From the NCBI GenBank assembly GCA_963818475.1, contig CAWFSF010000006.1, positions 416,001 through 480,000 of the forward strand: a DNA stretch of 64,000 bases. Direction: 5' to 3'. Within the stretch, counting starts at the first letter, position 1. Each line of letters starts with the position of its first letter. The notes beneath the pieces are model-generated. The model was not told where the DNA came from. It ran no database searches and was given only the letters and a program-made list of their open reading frames with translations. The DNA is from Nitrospirota bacterium. GTDB taxonomy: Bacteria > Nitrospirota > UBA9217. Made by a program: the position numbers and the translations under genes. This document shows positions 1-9,980 of this stretch, in pieces.

Positions 1-2
1 CT

Positions 3-3000
3 CCTGCGTGGGGCGCCGGCTATAAAAATTATGATAATTGCACGGTCTGCCACGGCGTTCCGACGACCGGCAACGACGGATCGGTAATTTCGGTCAACCC
101 TGAAAAAACAGCGCCCGGCGGAACGGGTACGGACACCAACGGCGACACGGCGTCAACAGACCCCCAGGTCGGCATGCACCAGGCCCATCTTACGGCGGCC
201 AGAAATTACAGCGATCCCATTGCCTGCGGCGAGTGTCATACCGTGCCAACGCCTGCAACGCTTACCACCCATATTAATGACCTGCTTCCCGCCGAAGTGC
301 CGCTGGCAGGAGGGCTCACGACCACAAATCCCCGCTCACTACCGCAAACGCCGGCGTATTCCGGAGGGCAATGCAACAATACCTATTGCCACGACTACAA
401 CAGGTTCAAAAACGGTTTTCCTGATGACGCAACCCCTCCGTTTGCAACAAACGCGCCGATATGGAACACGACGCTTCTGAACGGAACGAGCGCCGACTGC
501 CAGCAGTGCCATGGATATCCTCCGGGGGGCAGTCACCCGCAGCCCGCTACCGATTGCGCCGGTTGCCATCCTGATGTGGCTCCCAATAATATATCCTTCT
601 CGATCGTTTACCAGCATATAAACGGGTCAATTGAGGGCGGCGGATGCAACGGCTGTCACGGCCAGTCCAATTCGACCGGCGCACCGTACACCTATAACGA
701 TCGGGTAACCACTAATGGTGGGACGGGCCATATAACAGCTGGCGTTGTGGGAGCGCACCAGAAACACGTGGCAACGCTCTTGTACACAGACTGCAATCTC
801 TGCCATGCGGGCAACACCATGCCGACCGTCGATAGCAAGATGACCATGAGCTTCAGCGGCATAGCGAGATTCGGCGGAGCTCCCGGCTTGTACATGGGCA
901 AAACCTTAGCGGGCAGCCCGGCGTATGTCTATGACCCCGGCACGATCTCCACCGCCGGCCCTATGAGCTGTTCCAACATCTACTGCCACAGTGACGGCGG
1001 CAACTATGCGGGAACGAAAGTTTACAGCTCCGTAACCTGGACTGGCGCAGCTCTCACCTGCGATAAGTGCCATGGAAACGGTGCAGGCACGCTCGTGACC
1101 ACGAATGTCCACCCGAAACATGTCACGAGCTACTCCCTGGGCTGCCAGGAGTGCCATTACAACACGACGACGGACGGCGCCACGATCACGACCCCGGCAA
1201 ACCACGTCAATACCGTGAAAAACGTGGACTGGAAAGTTGGCGGACTTAATGCCGGCGGAAGCGCTTATGCGCGGCCGAACTGTTCCACCATATACTGCCA
1301 CAGCCAGGGTATCAGCACCACGGCTCCTTACGGAGGTGCGGCGAACACGACAGCGGCCTGGAATGGAACAGCGTTGACCTGCGAAGGCTGCCACAGCTAC
1401 GATGCAGCGGCAACGAACAAGATGGCCACGGGCAAGCACACCCAGCACATCAACCAGAGCGCCGTGCTCGGTACCAACTACGGCTGTCAGGAATGCCATA
1501 ACACCACCACGACGAACGGCACGACGATCACGACGATAGCTAACCATGTCAACGGGACGCGGAACGTTTCGATGGTCAGAGGCGGCACCTGGACGTCGCC
1601 GAACTGCACGGCCACCTATTGCCACAGCACGGGCCAGGCCACACCGACTTCGGTGAATCCCGGTACCTGGACTGCAGGCGCAGCGCTGACCTGCGATAGC
1701 TGCCACGGCACGGAAGGCGGAACGGCCTTTGGCGAGCCTGCTTATACCAACGGAGTTCAGCCGGCCGTGGCCGAGAACAATGACAACAGCCATGCCGCGC
1801 ACGTGACTGCGGCAGCGGACTGCGTGAATTGCCATACGGACACGGTAAGCGCGACCGGCACGGCGATCAAGGCCGCATCGATACTGCATACGAACCAGGC
1901 GCGGAACGTAAACTTCGCCGCATCCCTGGACACCAACGGCGGAACGAACTCGGACAACTACAATGCCGGTGCCAAGACCTGCTCGTCAATTGTCTGTCAT
2001 GGAGCAGGAACCCCGATGTGGGGCGGCGCGACCCTTGCCTGCGATCAGTGCCATCTGGCGAACAACACCCTGGCCGGCAAGCACGCCAGGCATTACGGCG
2101 TGGCAACAGTAGCCGTGACCGCGGACAAGACACCGTCAAACACCTCGTCCGCAACGGTCTATGAATACAGCTGCGGCGTCTGCCACAACGCGACGCCCCA
2201 TGCCACCGGCAACGCAAGTGCGAACCAGGCGGCCAATGTGGTGTTTGACTCAACCATAGCAGGAGGAGGCACCTATACCGCCGGCGGCGCTCTTGCGGGC
2301 ACTGATACGGGCGGCATGGAGTGGACGAACGGCACCTGCGGGACCACGTACTGCCACAGCCAGGGTGCAAGCACCACGTCTCCGTTCGGCGGAGCGCCGA
2401 ACAGCACGGCCACCTGGAATGGTGGGGCCATGAACTGCGAAAGCTGCCACAACTTCAATGCGGCGGCAACGAACAAGATGGCCACGGGCAAGCACACCGC
2501 GCATATCAACGACGGAACAATCATGCCGAATGTGGCCTGCAGCGCCTGCCACACGTCGACGACGAGCGACAGCACCACGATCACTACTGAATCGAACCAT
2601 GTGAACAAGCTGAGGGATGTAACCATAGCAGCCACCTACGACAGCGACGCGACGCCGGGGAACAACTGGGCGACCAGCACCTGCTCCAATGTCTACTGCC
2701 ACAGCACGGGCGAAGCAACGCCGACGTATAAGCCGGTTCTCTGGACGGCCACGATAACGAACTGCGAAGCCTGCCACAACTACGATGCGGCCGCAACGAA
2801 CAAGATGGCCACGGGCAAACACTCCCAGCACATCAACCAGAGCGCCGTGCTCGGTACCAACTACGGCTGCCAGGAATGCCATAACACCACCACGACGAAC
2901 GGCACGACGATCACGACCCCGGCAAGCCACGTTGATAAAGTACGTGACGTGTCCATGCTCAGGGGCGGCACCTGGACGTCGCCGAACTGCACGGCCACCT

Positions 3001-6000
3001 ATTGCCACAGCACGGGCCAGGCCACACCGACTTCGGTGAATCCCGGTACCTGGACTGCAGGCGCAGCGCTGACCTGCGATAGCTGCCACGGCACGGAAGG
3101 CGGAACGGCCTTTGGCGAGCCTGCTTATACCAACGGAGTTCAGCCGGCCGTGGCCGAGAACAATGACAACAGCCATGCCGCGCACGTGACTGCGGCAGCG
3201 GACTGCGTGAATTGCCATACGGACACGGTAAGCGCGACCGGCACGGCGATCAAGGCCGCATCGATACTGCATACGAACCAGGCGCGGAACGTAAACTTCG
3301 CCGCATCCCTGGACACCAACGGCGGAACGAACTCGGACAACTACAATGCCGGTGCCAAGACCTGCTCGTCAATTGTCTGTCATGGAGCAGGAACCCCGAT
3401 GTGGGGCGGCGCGACCCTTGCCTGCGATCAGTGCCATCTGGCGAACAACACCCTGGCCGGCAAGCACGCCAGGCATTACGGCGTGGCAACAGTAGCCGTG
3501 ACCGCGGACAAGACACCGTCAAACACCTCGTCCGCAACGGTCTATGAATACAGCTGCGGCGTCTGCCACAACGCGACGCCCCATGCCACCGGCAACGCAA
3601 GTGCGAACCAGGCGGCCAATGTGGTGTTTGACTCAACCATAGCAGGAGGAGGCACCTATACCGCCGGCGGCGCTCTTGCGGGCACTGATACGGGCGGCAT
3701 GGAGTGGACGAACGGCACCTGCGGGACCACGTACTGCCACAGCCAGGGTGCAAGCACCACGTCTCCGTTCGGCGGAGCGCCGAACAGCACGGCCACCTGG
3801 AACGGTGGGGCCATGAACTGCGAAAGCTGCCACAACTTCAATGCGGCGGCAACGAACAAGATGGCCACGGGCAAGCACACCCAGCACATCAACCAGAGCG
3901 CCGTACTCGGTACGAACTACGGCTGCCAGGAATGTCATAACACGACCACGACCGACGGCACGACTATCACGAATGAGGCAAATCACGTCAACAAGACGCG
4001 TGACGTATCAATGCTCAGGGGCGGCACCTGGACTTCGCCGAACTGCACGGCCACCTATTGCCACAGCACGGGCCAGGCCACACCGACCTCTGTGAACCCG
4101 GGCACCTGGACTGCCGGCGCGGCAATGACCTGCGACAGCTGCCACGGAACGGAAGGCGGAACGGCCTTTGGCGAGCCCGCGTACACCAACGGAGTTCAGC
4201 CGGCCGTGGCCGAGAACAATGACAACAGCCATGCCGCGCACGTGACCGCGGCAATAGATTGCGTGAACTGTCATACGGACACGGTAAGCGCGACCGGTAC
4301 GGCGATAAAGGCCGCATCGATACTGCATACGAACCAGGCGCGGAACGTAAACTTCGCCGCGACCTTGGACAATAACGGCGGCACAAACTCCGACAACTAC
4401 AATGCTGGTGCCAAGACCTGCTCGTCAATTGTCTGCCATGGAGCGGGAACACCCATGTGGGGAGGTGCCTCTCTCAAATGTTCGGATTGCCACAGCGGAG
4501 CGTCCGATGTGGTTGATTACACAAGCAATGGTACCATCGCAACGATCAACAACACGCAGTGGGGCTACTCCGGCCACGGCAAGCCATCGTCAACCTATGA
4601 TATAACGGGCAATACGGCGGCCAACTTCCCTGGCGCGGTCACCACGGGAGATCCTTGCCAGTATTGCCATGACAGCACTGTTGCGCACAATGACGCGAAC
4701 AACCCGCTCAGACTGCGGAACTTCGCCGACGGGACATACGGCAAAAACGGCGTGTGCATGAAGTGTCACGGAACGGGCCAGACGGGCGTGAACCCGGGCA
4801 CGGGCTACTCACTTAAGACCGCCACCAAGAAGGTCGACAAGTACCACTATGCCGCCAAACACGGCGGGAGCTACACAGGCGGTCAGTACTGCTGGGATTG
4901 CCACGACGGCCACGGCGATTCGACCACCACTGCCGGACCCATCGCCATGATCCAGTTGAACCCGGCCAGCGCGTCCAACAGCACGACGGCGATACCCACG
5001 ACCATCGTGTCGACAGCGGTCACGATGACCGGCCGTACTCTTCCATCGAACTACGGCAAGACCGTTACTCCCTTTAACGGCATATGCAACGTCTGCCATA
5101 CCGCGGGGGCGAACGGTCTCAGCAGCCATTACACGTCAACGACGTCGGACGGACACAACTCGACCACGCTCTGCACCGATTGCCATAAGCACAGTGTAAA
5201 TACGACCTATGAAAACAAGGCATGGGAAGGCGCGGGCGGCGATTGTCTCGGGTGCCACAACTCGGCGCAGAGCGATGGCGCCAACACGGACATCGACAAC
5301 AACGGCGTGCGGGTGGTGGCGTCGGAGTTCACCAAACAGTCGCACCATGTAACCGGCAAGACCTTGTCCAAATTCGACTGCGCGGTCTGCCACGGAGAGG
5401 GCGATTATCTGACCGGCAGCACCACGGCGCTGCATAAGAACGGCCAGATCGATCTGCGAAACGCGGACAACGCGAGCGCCTACTATACCTGGACCGGGTC
5501 CGAGCATACGAACATGGATAACTTCTGCATGAGTTGCCATGATGCGAACGGAGCTTCGGTAACCTATTCACGTGATCCGCTGGCGACAAGTCCGAGCAGG
5601 ACGAACCCTTTCGGTGACACGCGTCAGAACTCCTATGACCAGGTTGTGCGCACGGTCGTGGTCGACGTTTTCACGGCATTCAACCCCGGCACAGGCGGCT
5701 CGGGCACCGGCTACAACGGGAATTACTCGCAGCATGCGGTCCGCGGGGCCCGGTATTCCAATGATGCCGATGCCGGCAGCATGTATACGAACGGCCGGTT
5801 TGATGCCGCCTATACGCCGCTCGGTGGAAGTGTGTCCGTACGTGATTCCTCGACGCTCCACTGCGGCGATTGCCATACGAACGGCCAGTATAGTACGGCA
5901 ACCGCGCCGGTGATCGGCGCTCATGGATCGAACAACGAGTACCTGCTCAGGACAATCAACAGCAGTGACGCGGAGCATACCAAGACGACCTACGGCTGCT

Positions 6001-6422
6001 TCAAGTGCCACCTCCTGGCCAGATATAGCGCCACGCACTCTAATGGAAACGCATCTGACTTCGTCGATTCGTCTACGTTGACCGGCATTGCCGGCCGCGC
6101 CGCGAGCAACGCGAACATTACCGGCATTTCCTGCACGAACTGTCATAACTCCGGAGATGCGAAGTTTGGCGGGGTGCACGGTGGCAACGCCACGTACACG
6201 GACAATCAAGGCTATACGGCGAAGACCTACCGGTTCATGCCGGGTTTGGGCAACAACAAGTACTCACCGACGCAGAGCGGGTCAAGCGCGGAAGCAGACT
6301 GGGAACAGCCCACTGCTTACGGATGCTACACTACGCCGACCGCAAATTGGGGAAGCTGCACCAAGCATAGCGGCGGAGCCAAGACGGTGACAAGAGGCCA
6401 ATCACGGAAACTCAGGTACTAA
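3..6422 (+). CDS. Giant multiheme c-type cytochrome, CxxxxCH/CxxCH-repeat (Geobacter-type) family; 5'-truncated by the window edge
   Basis: The frame is open from position 3 (PAWGAGYKNYDNCTVCHG...) into the 174..6422 ORF. By manual count there are about 38 CXXCH and 12 CX4CH motifs, with recurring CX4CH...W...CXXCH...H..H units. The protein is very rich in Thr/Ser/Gly/Ala/Asn. Confidence 0.95.
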   Translation, partial: PAWGAGYKNYDNCTVCHGVPTTGNDGSVISVNPEKTAPGGTGTDTNGDTASTDPQVGMHQAHLTAARNYSDPIACGECHTVPTPATLTTHINDLLPAEVPLAGGLTTTNPRSLPQTPAYSGGQCNNTYCHDYNRFKNGFPDDATPPFATNAPIWNTTLLNGTSADCQQCHGYPPGGSHPQPATDCAGCHPDVAPNNISFSIVYQHINGSIEGGGCNGCHGQSNSTGAPYTYNDRVTTNGGTGHITAGVVGAHQKHVATLLYTDCNLCHAGNTMPTVDSKMTMSFSGIARFGGAPGLYMGKTLAGSPAYVYDPGTISTAGPMSCSNIYCHSDGGNYAGTKVYSSVTWTGAALTCDKCHGNGAGTLVTTNVHPKHVTSYSLGCQECHYNTTTDGATITTPANHVNTVKNVDWKVGGLNAGGSAYARPNCSTIYCHSQGISTTAPYGGAANTTAAWNGTALTCEGCHSYDAAATNKMATGKHTQHINQSAVLGTNYGCQECHNTTTTNGTTITTIANHVNGTRNVSMVRGGTWTSPNCTATYCHSTGQATPTSVNPGTWTAGAALTCDSCHGTEGGTAFGEPAYTNGVQPAVAENNDNSHAAHVTAAADCVNCHTDTVSATGTAIKAASILHTNQARNVNFAASLDTNGGTNSDNYNAGAKTCSSIVCHGAGTPMWGGATLACDQCHLANNTLAGKHARHYGVATVAVTADKTPSNTSSATVYEYSCGVCHNATPHATGNASANQAANVVFDSTIAGGGTYTAGGALAGTDTGGMEWTNGTCGTTYCHSQGASTTSPFGGAPNSTATWNGGAMNCESCHNFNAAATNKMATGKHTAHINDGTIMPNVACSACHTSTTSDSTTITTESNHVNKLRDVTIAATYDSDATPGNNWATSTCSNVYCHSTGEATPTYKPVLWTATITNCEACHNYDAAATNKMATGKHSQHINQSAVLGTNYGCQECHNTTTTNGTTITTPASHVDKVRDVSMLRGGTWTSPNCTATYCHSTGQATPTSVNPGTWTAGAALTCDSCHGTEGGTAFGEPAYTNGVQPAVAENNDNSHAAHVTAAADCVNCHTDTVSATGTAIKAASILHTNQARNVNFAASLDTNGGTNSDNYNAGAKTCSSIVCHGAGTPMWGGATLACDQCHLANNTLAGKHARHYGVATVAVTADKTPSNTSSATVYEYSCGVCHNATPHATGNASANQAANVVFDSTIAGGGTYTAGGALAGTDTGGMEWTNGTCGTTYCHSQGASTTSPFGGAPNSTATWNGGAMNCESCHNFNAAATNKMATGKHTQHINQSAVLGTNYGCQECHNTTTTDGTTITNEANHVNKTRDVSMLRGGTWTSPNCTATYCHSTGQATPTSVNPGTWTAGAAMTCDSCHGTEGGTAFGEPAYTNGVQPAVAENNDNSHAAHVTAAIDCVNCHTDTVSATGTAIKAASILHTNQARNVNFAATLDNNGGTNSDNYNAGAKTCSSIVCHGAGTPMWGGASLKCSDCHSGASDVVDYTSNGTIATINNTQWGYSGHGKPSSTYDITGNTAANFPGAVTTGDPCQYCHDSTVAHNDANNPLRLRNFADGTYGKNGVCMKCHGTGQTGVNPGTGYSLKTATKKVDKYHYAAKHGGSYTGGQYCWDCHDGHGDSTTTAGPIAMIQLNPASASNSTTAIPTTIVSTAVTMTGRTLPSNYGKTVTPFNGICNVCHTAGANGLSSHYTSTTSDGHNSTTLCTDCHKHSVNTTYENKAWEGAGGDCLGCHNSAQSDGANTDIDNNGVRVVASEFTKQSHHVTGKTLSKFDCAVCHGEGDYLTGSTTALHKNGQIDLRNADNASAYYTWTGSEHTNMDNFCMSCHDANGASVTYSRDPLATSPSRTNPFGDTRQNSYDQVVRTVVVDVFTAFNPGTGGSGTGYNGNYSQHAVRGARYSNDADAGSMYTNGRFDAAYTPLGGSVSVRDSSTLHCGDCHTNGQYSTATAPVIGAHGSNNEYLLRTINSSDAEHTKTTYGCFKCHLLARYSATHSNGNASDFVDSSTLTGIAGRAASNANITGISCTNCHNSGDAKFGGVHGGNATYTDNQGYTAKTYRFMPGLGNNKYSPTQSGSSAEADWEQPTAYGCYTTPTANWGSCTKHSGGAKTVTRGQSRKLRY
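1581..2498 (+). repeat. Intragenic direct repeat, copy 1 (~918 bp)
   Basis: Near-identical to 2964..3881 at offset 1383; shadow ORFs such as 1757..1957 and 3140..3340 are identical. Weaker similarity extends back to ~1397 and ~2780. Confidence 0.92.
2964..3881 (+). repeat. Intragenic direct repeat, copy 2
   Basis: Matches 1581..2498; I spotted only one synonymous difference (2420 t vs 3803 c), without a formal alignment. Confidence 0.92.
4020..4462 (+). repeat. Intragenic repeat, partial diverged copy 3
   Basis: Encodes the same GGTWTSPNCTATYCH...CSSIVCHGAGTPMWGG segment at offset 1056 from copy 2, with many synonymous changes. Confidence 0.85.
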
Positions 6423-6439
6423 CGAAGAGCTGCATTCAC

Positions 6440-6473
6440 GGCGGGAAGTTCGAAAGAACTTCCCGCCTTTTTT
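6440..6473 (+). terminator. Rho-independent terminator of the giant cytochrome gene
   Basis: Perfect 12-bp stem GGCGGGAAGTTC-GAAA-GAACTTCCCGCC followed by TTTTTT, just downstream of the stop codon. Confidence 0.92.
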
Positions 6474-6851
6474 ATTGTCAGCGGGACGTTCTATTCAGGA
6501 GGGGTGTATCATGGTTTCGGCACTAACGCGCCTCATCCCGATAACGATTGTTGACAGGAATATCCGCAGAGAAGGGATGGGGGCTTCACCTTATCCGACA
6601 TGGGTTTAACTGAAAAGTTTTAAAGATGAAGACCATCAAAGGGTGCGGAAGAAGCCGGTTCCGCGATCAATGCCAGATTCAGGAAAAAGAATTATGCGCA
6701 TCAATAGGGATAGAGGTCTGGCAGGCGGCGTTCGGACTGGCGGGGAAAGGTAGAGACAGCATGTCGCTGGTTTCATCGCTCTTTCAGCGCCGCTGTTGTG
6801 TGTGAGATCTATCTTGTGGTTCTTTTACCAGGTACTCTGCTTTGTGCCGGG

Positions 6852-8450
6852 TTAGTCGTTGATTCCCCTGATGATATTATTGACGGTATTGAACTCCAGG
6901 AGGGGCAGATCATCGGTATTTATCGCGACATCGGACCTCTCCACGATTTCCCGCACCTGCTGGGGATCTCTTGAAAGGCTGATTTCGAGGGGGATCCCCG
7001 ACTTATTGAGCGCCGCCACCCGTTTTATGGTTTCATCCCGGGTGAACGGGAACGGCTCTACCGATGCGACCGCGATAAGGTCAAAGCTGTCCCCGACCTT
7101 CCAAAGGTATACATTCTTAAAAACCGAGCCGATCGTTTTGAGCATCATTGTAACGTCGTCGTTGGTGAGCGTGTAATAGGGAAGCCACTGGCAGTATATC
7201 CCTCCCGGCAGGAGCCTGTTTTTGGCCAATTCGTAGTACTCCCGGGTGAACAGATTTGCGACGGCGGACTCCGCAGGATAGGACGGTTCGGAGGAGATGA
7301 TGTCGTACCGTTTTTCCTCGTGGATAAAATGCCGCCTCGCGTCGTCGATATGGACATCTACCCCTTCGAAGATGCCTGGAGGGCCGTACCTGCCAATAGC
7401 CTCCGCCACGCCGGGGTTTATCTCAATGACACCGGTGTCTTTTATGTGCTCTTTCGCCGCCATGAGCGTTACGCCCGCTCCGAGCCCGATCGTCAGAAAA
7501 CTGCCGGGATTCCGGTGAGAGGCTATGGGCAGGTAGGCAAGGAGGAGCGTGTTGGGCATGTCTTCTTTCGTGGTCCCTTCCATTTTCCCGCCGGTCTGGA
7601 GGACAAGATAGCCGTCCCGTTCTCGATAGAGCCTGACGGCGCCCTCGGGAAACTCCTTGTAGTAGAGCAGCTCGTGGCCCATTTTGTTTTTCTGAAGCAG
7701 ATAGCGAGGGGGTATGTTCTGGAACCGACTGAGAGTATAAAAGGTTACGAAGGTTGTTTTTTCCTCTGACCAGGCTGATACGCTTCCCGCCATTAGAACG
7801 AACATCCCAAGTCCTGCGATGACTCTCCGGCTGCCGCCGAGGAGAAGCAGGACCAGCAGCGCAATGGCTAGGTTCATTCCGGCCGCAAAGAAGGTCGTTA
7901 TCTTCAGTCCGAGATGGGGGATGAGAATGAAACCGCCGGAGAGCGCCCCGGCTATGGCCCCCAGGGTATTTACAGCGTAGGCGTTCCCTACCGTTCTCCC
8001 TATTTCCCCCATTTCACCGGCTATCGCCCTCGATACGAGGGGGAATGACATTCCCATGAGGGTCGTGGGAACGATCATGACAGCGGCGGCGAGGAACAAT
8101 TGAACTTCCAGAAAAAGGGCGAGGTCCATATGAAAGAGCCGGTGAAGATGCAGGTAGGCGGTGGGGATAGCGTATATCATCGGAATGGTAAGGAGACCGA
8201 AGATGCCTATACCGGCTTCACAGAAAGCGAACAGCCTGACGGGATCCCTGTCCGTGTCCGCCAGCTTGCCTCCTATGTATCCCCCGAGGGCAAGCCCTGC
8301 CATAAATGTGGAAAGCATTGAAGAAAGGGCATAGGTGGTGGATCCGAAAACGAGTGACAGCGCACGTGTCCACGTAACTTCATAAATAAGCGCGGCGGTT
8401 CCCGATAACCCGAATGCAGCCAGTATCCATTTTTTTTTCATGGGATGCAT
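6852..8450 (-). CDS. Fused membrane (MFS-like) / spermidine synthase-like protein
   Basis: N-terminal TM domain with SGTAALIYEVTWTR...FGSTTY...FMAGLALG and YAVNTLGAIAG. C-terminal SAM/dcSAM fold with IGLGAGVT, IEINP, DDARR and YDIISSEP. Start is ATG 8450 or 8441. Confidence 0.85.
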   Translation of the reverse strand: MHPMKKKWILAAFGLSGTAALIYEVTWTRALSLVFGSTTYALSSMLSTFMAGLALGGYIGGKLADTDRDPVRLFAFCEAGIGIFGLLTIPMIYAIPTAYLHLHRLFHMDLALFLEVQLFLAAAVMIVPTTLMGMSFPLVSRAIAGEMGEIGRTVGNAYAVNTLGAIAGALSGGFILIPHLGLKITTFFAAGMNLAIALLVLLLLGGSRRVIAGLGMFVLMAGSVSAWSEEKTTFVTFYTLSRFQNIPPRYLLQKNKMGHELLYYKEFPEGAVRLYRERDGYLVLQTGGKMEGTTKEDMPNTLLLAYLPIASHRNPGSFLTIGLGAGVTLMAAKEHIKDTGVIEINPGVAEAIGRYGPPGIFEGVDVHIDDARRHFIHEEKRYDIISSEPSYPAESAVANLFTREYYELAKNRLLPGGIYCQWLPYYTLTNDDVTMMLKTIGSVFKNVYLWKVGDSFDLIAVASVEPFPFTRDETIKRVAALNKSGIPLEISLSRDPQQVREIVERSDVAINTDDLPLLEFNTVNNIIRGIND

Positions 8451-8652
8451 TGTACCGGATAGGTGTTTGAATTTCAATTAAAATTGCGACATGAAGGTCC
8501 GAATTCAGAATGACAGGAGCGCATCGGATGGAGACGAACTCCGCCTGTGAGGAGACTTTGCAGGCGGACTGCAACATGCAGCATGGAACTTGCTGTTTTT
8601 CATGACTTGTTTTTAATAGACTTGAACTATTGATTCTGTTATTATAAATTTA

Positions 8653-9852
8653 ATGACTTTCATTGGCTTCCTCAAGAGACTTTTCCATGCGCCTTGGATC
8701 GTTCTCGCCTTTCTGGTCCTTCCCGGCATACTGATTACCCAGCGCATGCTGCATCTCCCCCTTATCGATCCGCGCTTCGTCATGTACGATGTCATTCTGT
8801 TCGTTGTCTATCTGCTTGCGGTGCTCGGCATGCGGATCAGTCGTCTGCGCCGGCGGATCAGGCTGGGAGACACAAAACCCTTTTTCTTAAAGAGAGTCGA
8901 CACCATGGGCAGCCCTGCAGTGATCCGAAAAGCCCTGGAGGCGGACGGATATTTTTTTACCGATCAAGGTAATTATGCCGAAAAGCGGGACCGGGGGTAT
9001 GGGGGCGGCATTCTGTTCCTTGTCGGTTTCGTCATACTGCTCACGGTGGGGTCCTACGATAACCTGCGGAACCTTTCCGGAACGGTTCTCCTGGCGGTTG
9101 GGCAGCCGATCAAGCTTTTTGACCGGGTGTCGTACACAGAGATCGGCGCTGGACCGTGGGCAGACCTCGAAAAGTTTCCTTATCAGCTCCAGGTCAGCAA
9201 TCAGATCCATCCCACGACGCAGGCTCCGAAAGGCGCGGCGGAGATTAACCTGCTCGGGCGCGACGGGGCGCTGATCCGGCAGGCGGCGATTAATCCTGAA
9301 ACACCACTTTCCATCGACGATTTTCGCATCCACATGGCGGGCTTCGTGTATGATGCGTGGGTAGTCATTGTCACGTCGAAGGACCACACCATATTTACCG
9401 ACTGGGTCAAACTGAAGCTCGATAAAAAAAGAGAGGGCGCCTACCTGTATTCCGGGGCTTTTCGCGATGATTTCGCGAAGGTGGAGGGCCGTGCCCGGTA
9501 CGCCCCTGAAACCGAACGGCTTAAAATCGAGGCTGCGCTGGATGGGAAAAAAATCGTCGATGCGGTCCTCGCCTACCGGCATGAGGAAGGCGGGTATATT
9601 ACGACCATGCCGGGGATCGGCAAGTGGTGTGAATTTCGCGTGGTGCGGAAACGCCACCTTTTTATTCTGGCCGCGGGGGCGATCATGACCGTCCTGGGAG
9701 GCGCGCTGCGTCTGTGGTTCAGGCCGAAGCGGGTCTGGATCGAGGAACGAGCGGGAATCAGCCGAATCGCAACAACAGATACGGACGTGAAAAAACTGTT
9801 TTTCCCTAAAGTGTTCCCTGATCAGGAAAGACGACCTAAAATAGAAAGTTGA
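8653..9852 (+). CDS. ResB/Ccs1-like cytochrome c biogenesis protein, divergent copy
   Basis: Three N-terminal TM segments, a large soluble domain and a C-terminal TM followed by RPKRVWI; same architecture as the ResB at 23835-25237. Lacks the TM3 His. Confidence 0.65.
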   Translation: MTFIGFLKRLFHAPWIVLAFLVLPGILITQRMLHLPLIDPRFVMYDVILFVVYLLAVLGMRISRLRRRIRLGDTKPFFLKRVDTMGSPAVIRKALEADGYFFTDQGNYAEKRDRGYGGGILFLVGFVILLTVGSYDNLRNLSGTVLLAVGQPIKLFDRVSYTEIGAGPWADLEKFPYQLQVSNQIHPTTQAPKGAAEINLLGRDGALIRQAAINPETPLSIDDFRIHMAGFVYDAWVVIVTSKDHTIFTDWVKLKLDKKREGAYLYSGAFRDDFAKVEGRARYAPETERLKIEAALDGKKIVDAVLAYRHEEGGYITTMPGIGKWCEFRVVRKRHLFILAAGAIMTVLGGALRLWFRPKRVWIEERAGISRIATTDTDVKKLFFPKVFPDQERRPKIES

Positions 9853-9946
9853 TGCCTTTGATAAAAAAGTCGTCATTCCCGCTTGTTTCCCAGACTGCCC
9901 CGGCATGGGTCCTTTGGCGATTTTCGACTTTTTACGAAACAATAAA
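9849..9946. repeat. Degenerate MITE/REP-like element
   Basis: Inverted repeat AAAAAGTCG (9864-9872) / CGACTTTTT (9925-9933) in a TTGATG...TTTTTACGAAAC context. From memory it resembles small intergenic elements of Desulfobacterota genomes. Confidence 0.4.
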
Positions 9947-9980
9947 ATTTAACATTACCTGACTTGCACGAGGCTTATTT

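Noticed and set aside
174-176. ATG 174 as the cytochrome start
   Set aside because: The frame is open from position 3 and includes another CTVCH motif; the true start lies upstream of the window.
1397-4462. Repeats as a CRISPR array or mobile element
   Set aside because: They are long in-frame coding duplications with no repeat-spacer pattern and no cas or transposase genes.
174-6422. About 48 N-X-S/T sequons in the giant cytochrome, suggesting N-glycosylation
   Set aside because: Roughly what the high Asn and Ser/Thr content would give by chance (estimated by eye), and no PglB/STT3 gene was seen in the window.
6474-6851. Possible ncRNA in this intergenic gap (also 31475-32040 and 63311-63643)
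   Set aside because: No recognisable riboswitch, tRNA or convincing structure by eye; an Rfam/Infernal scan would be needed.
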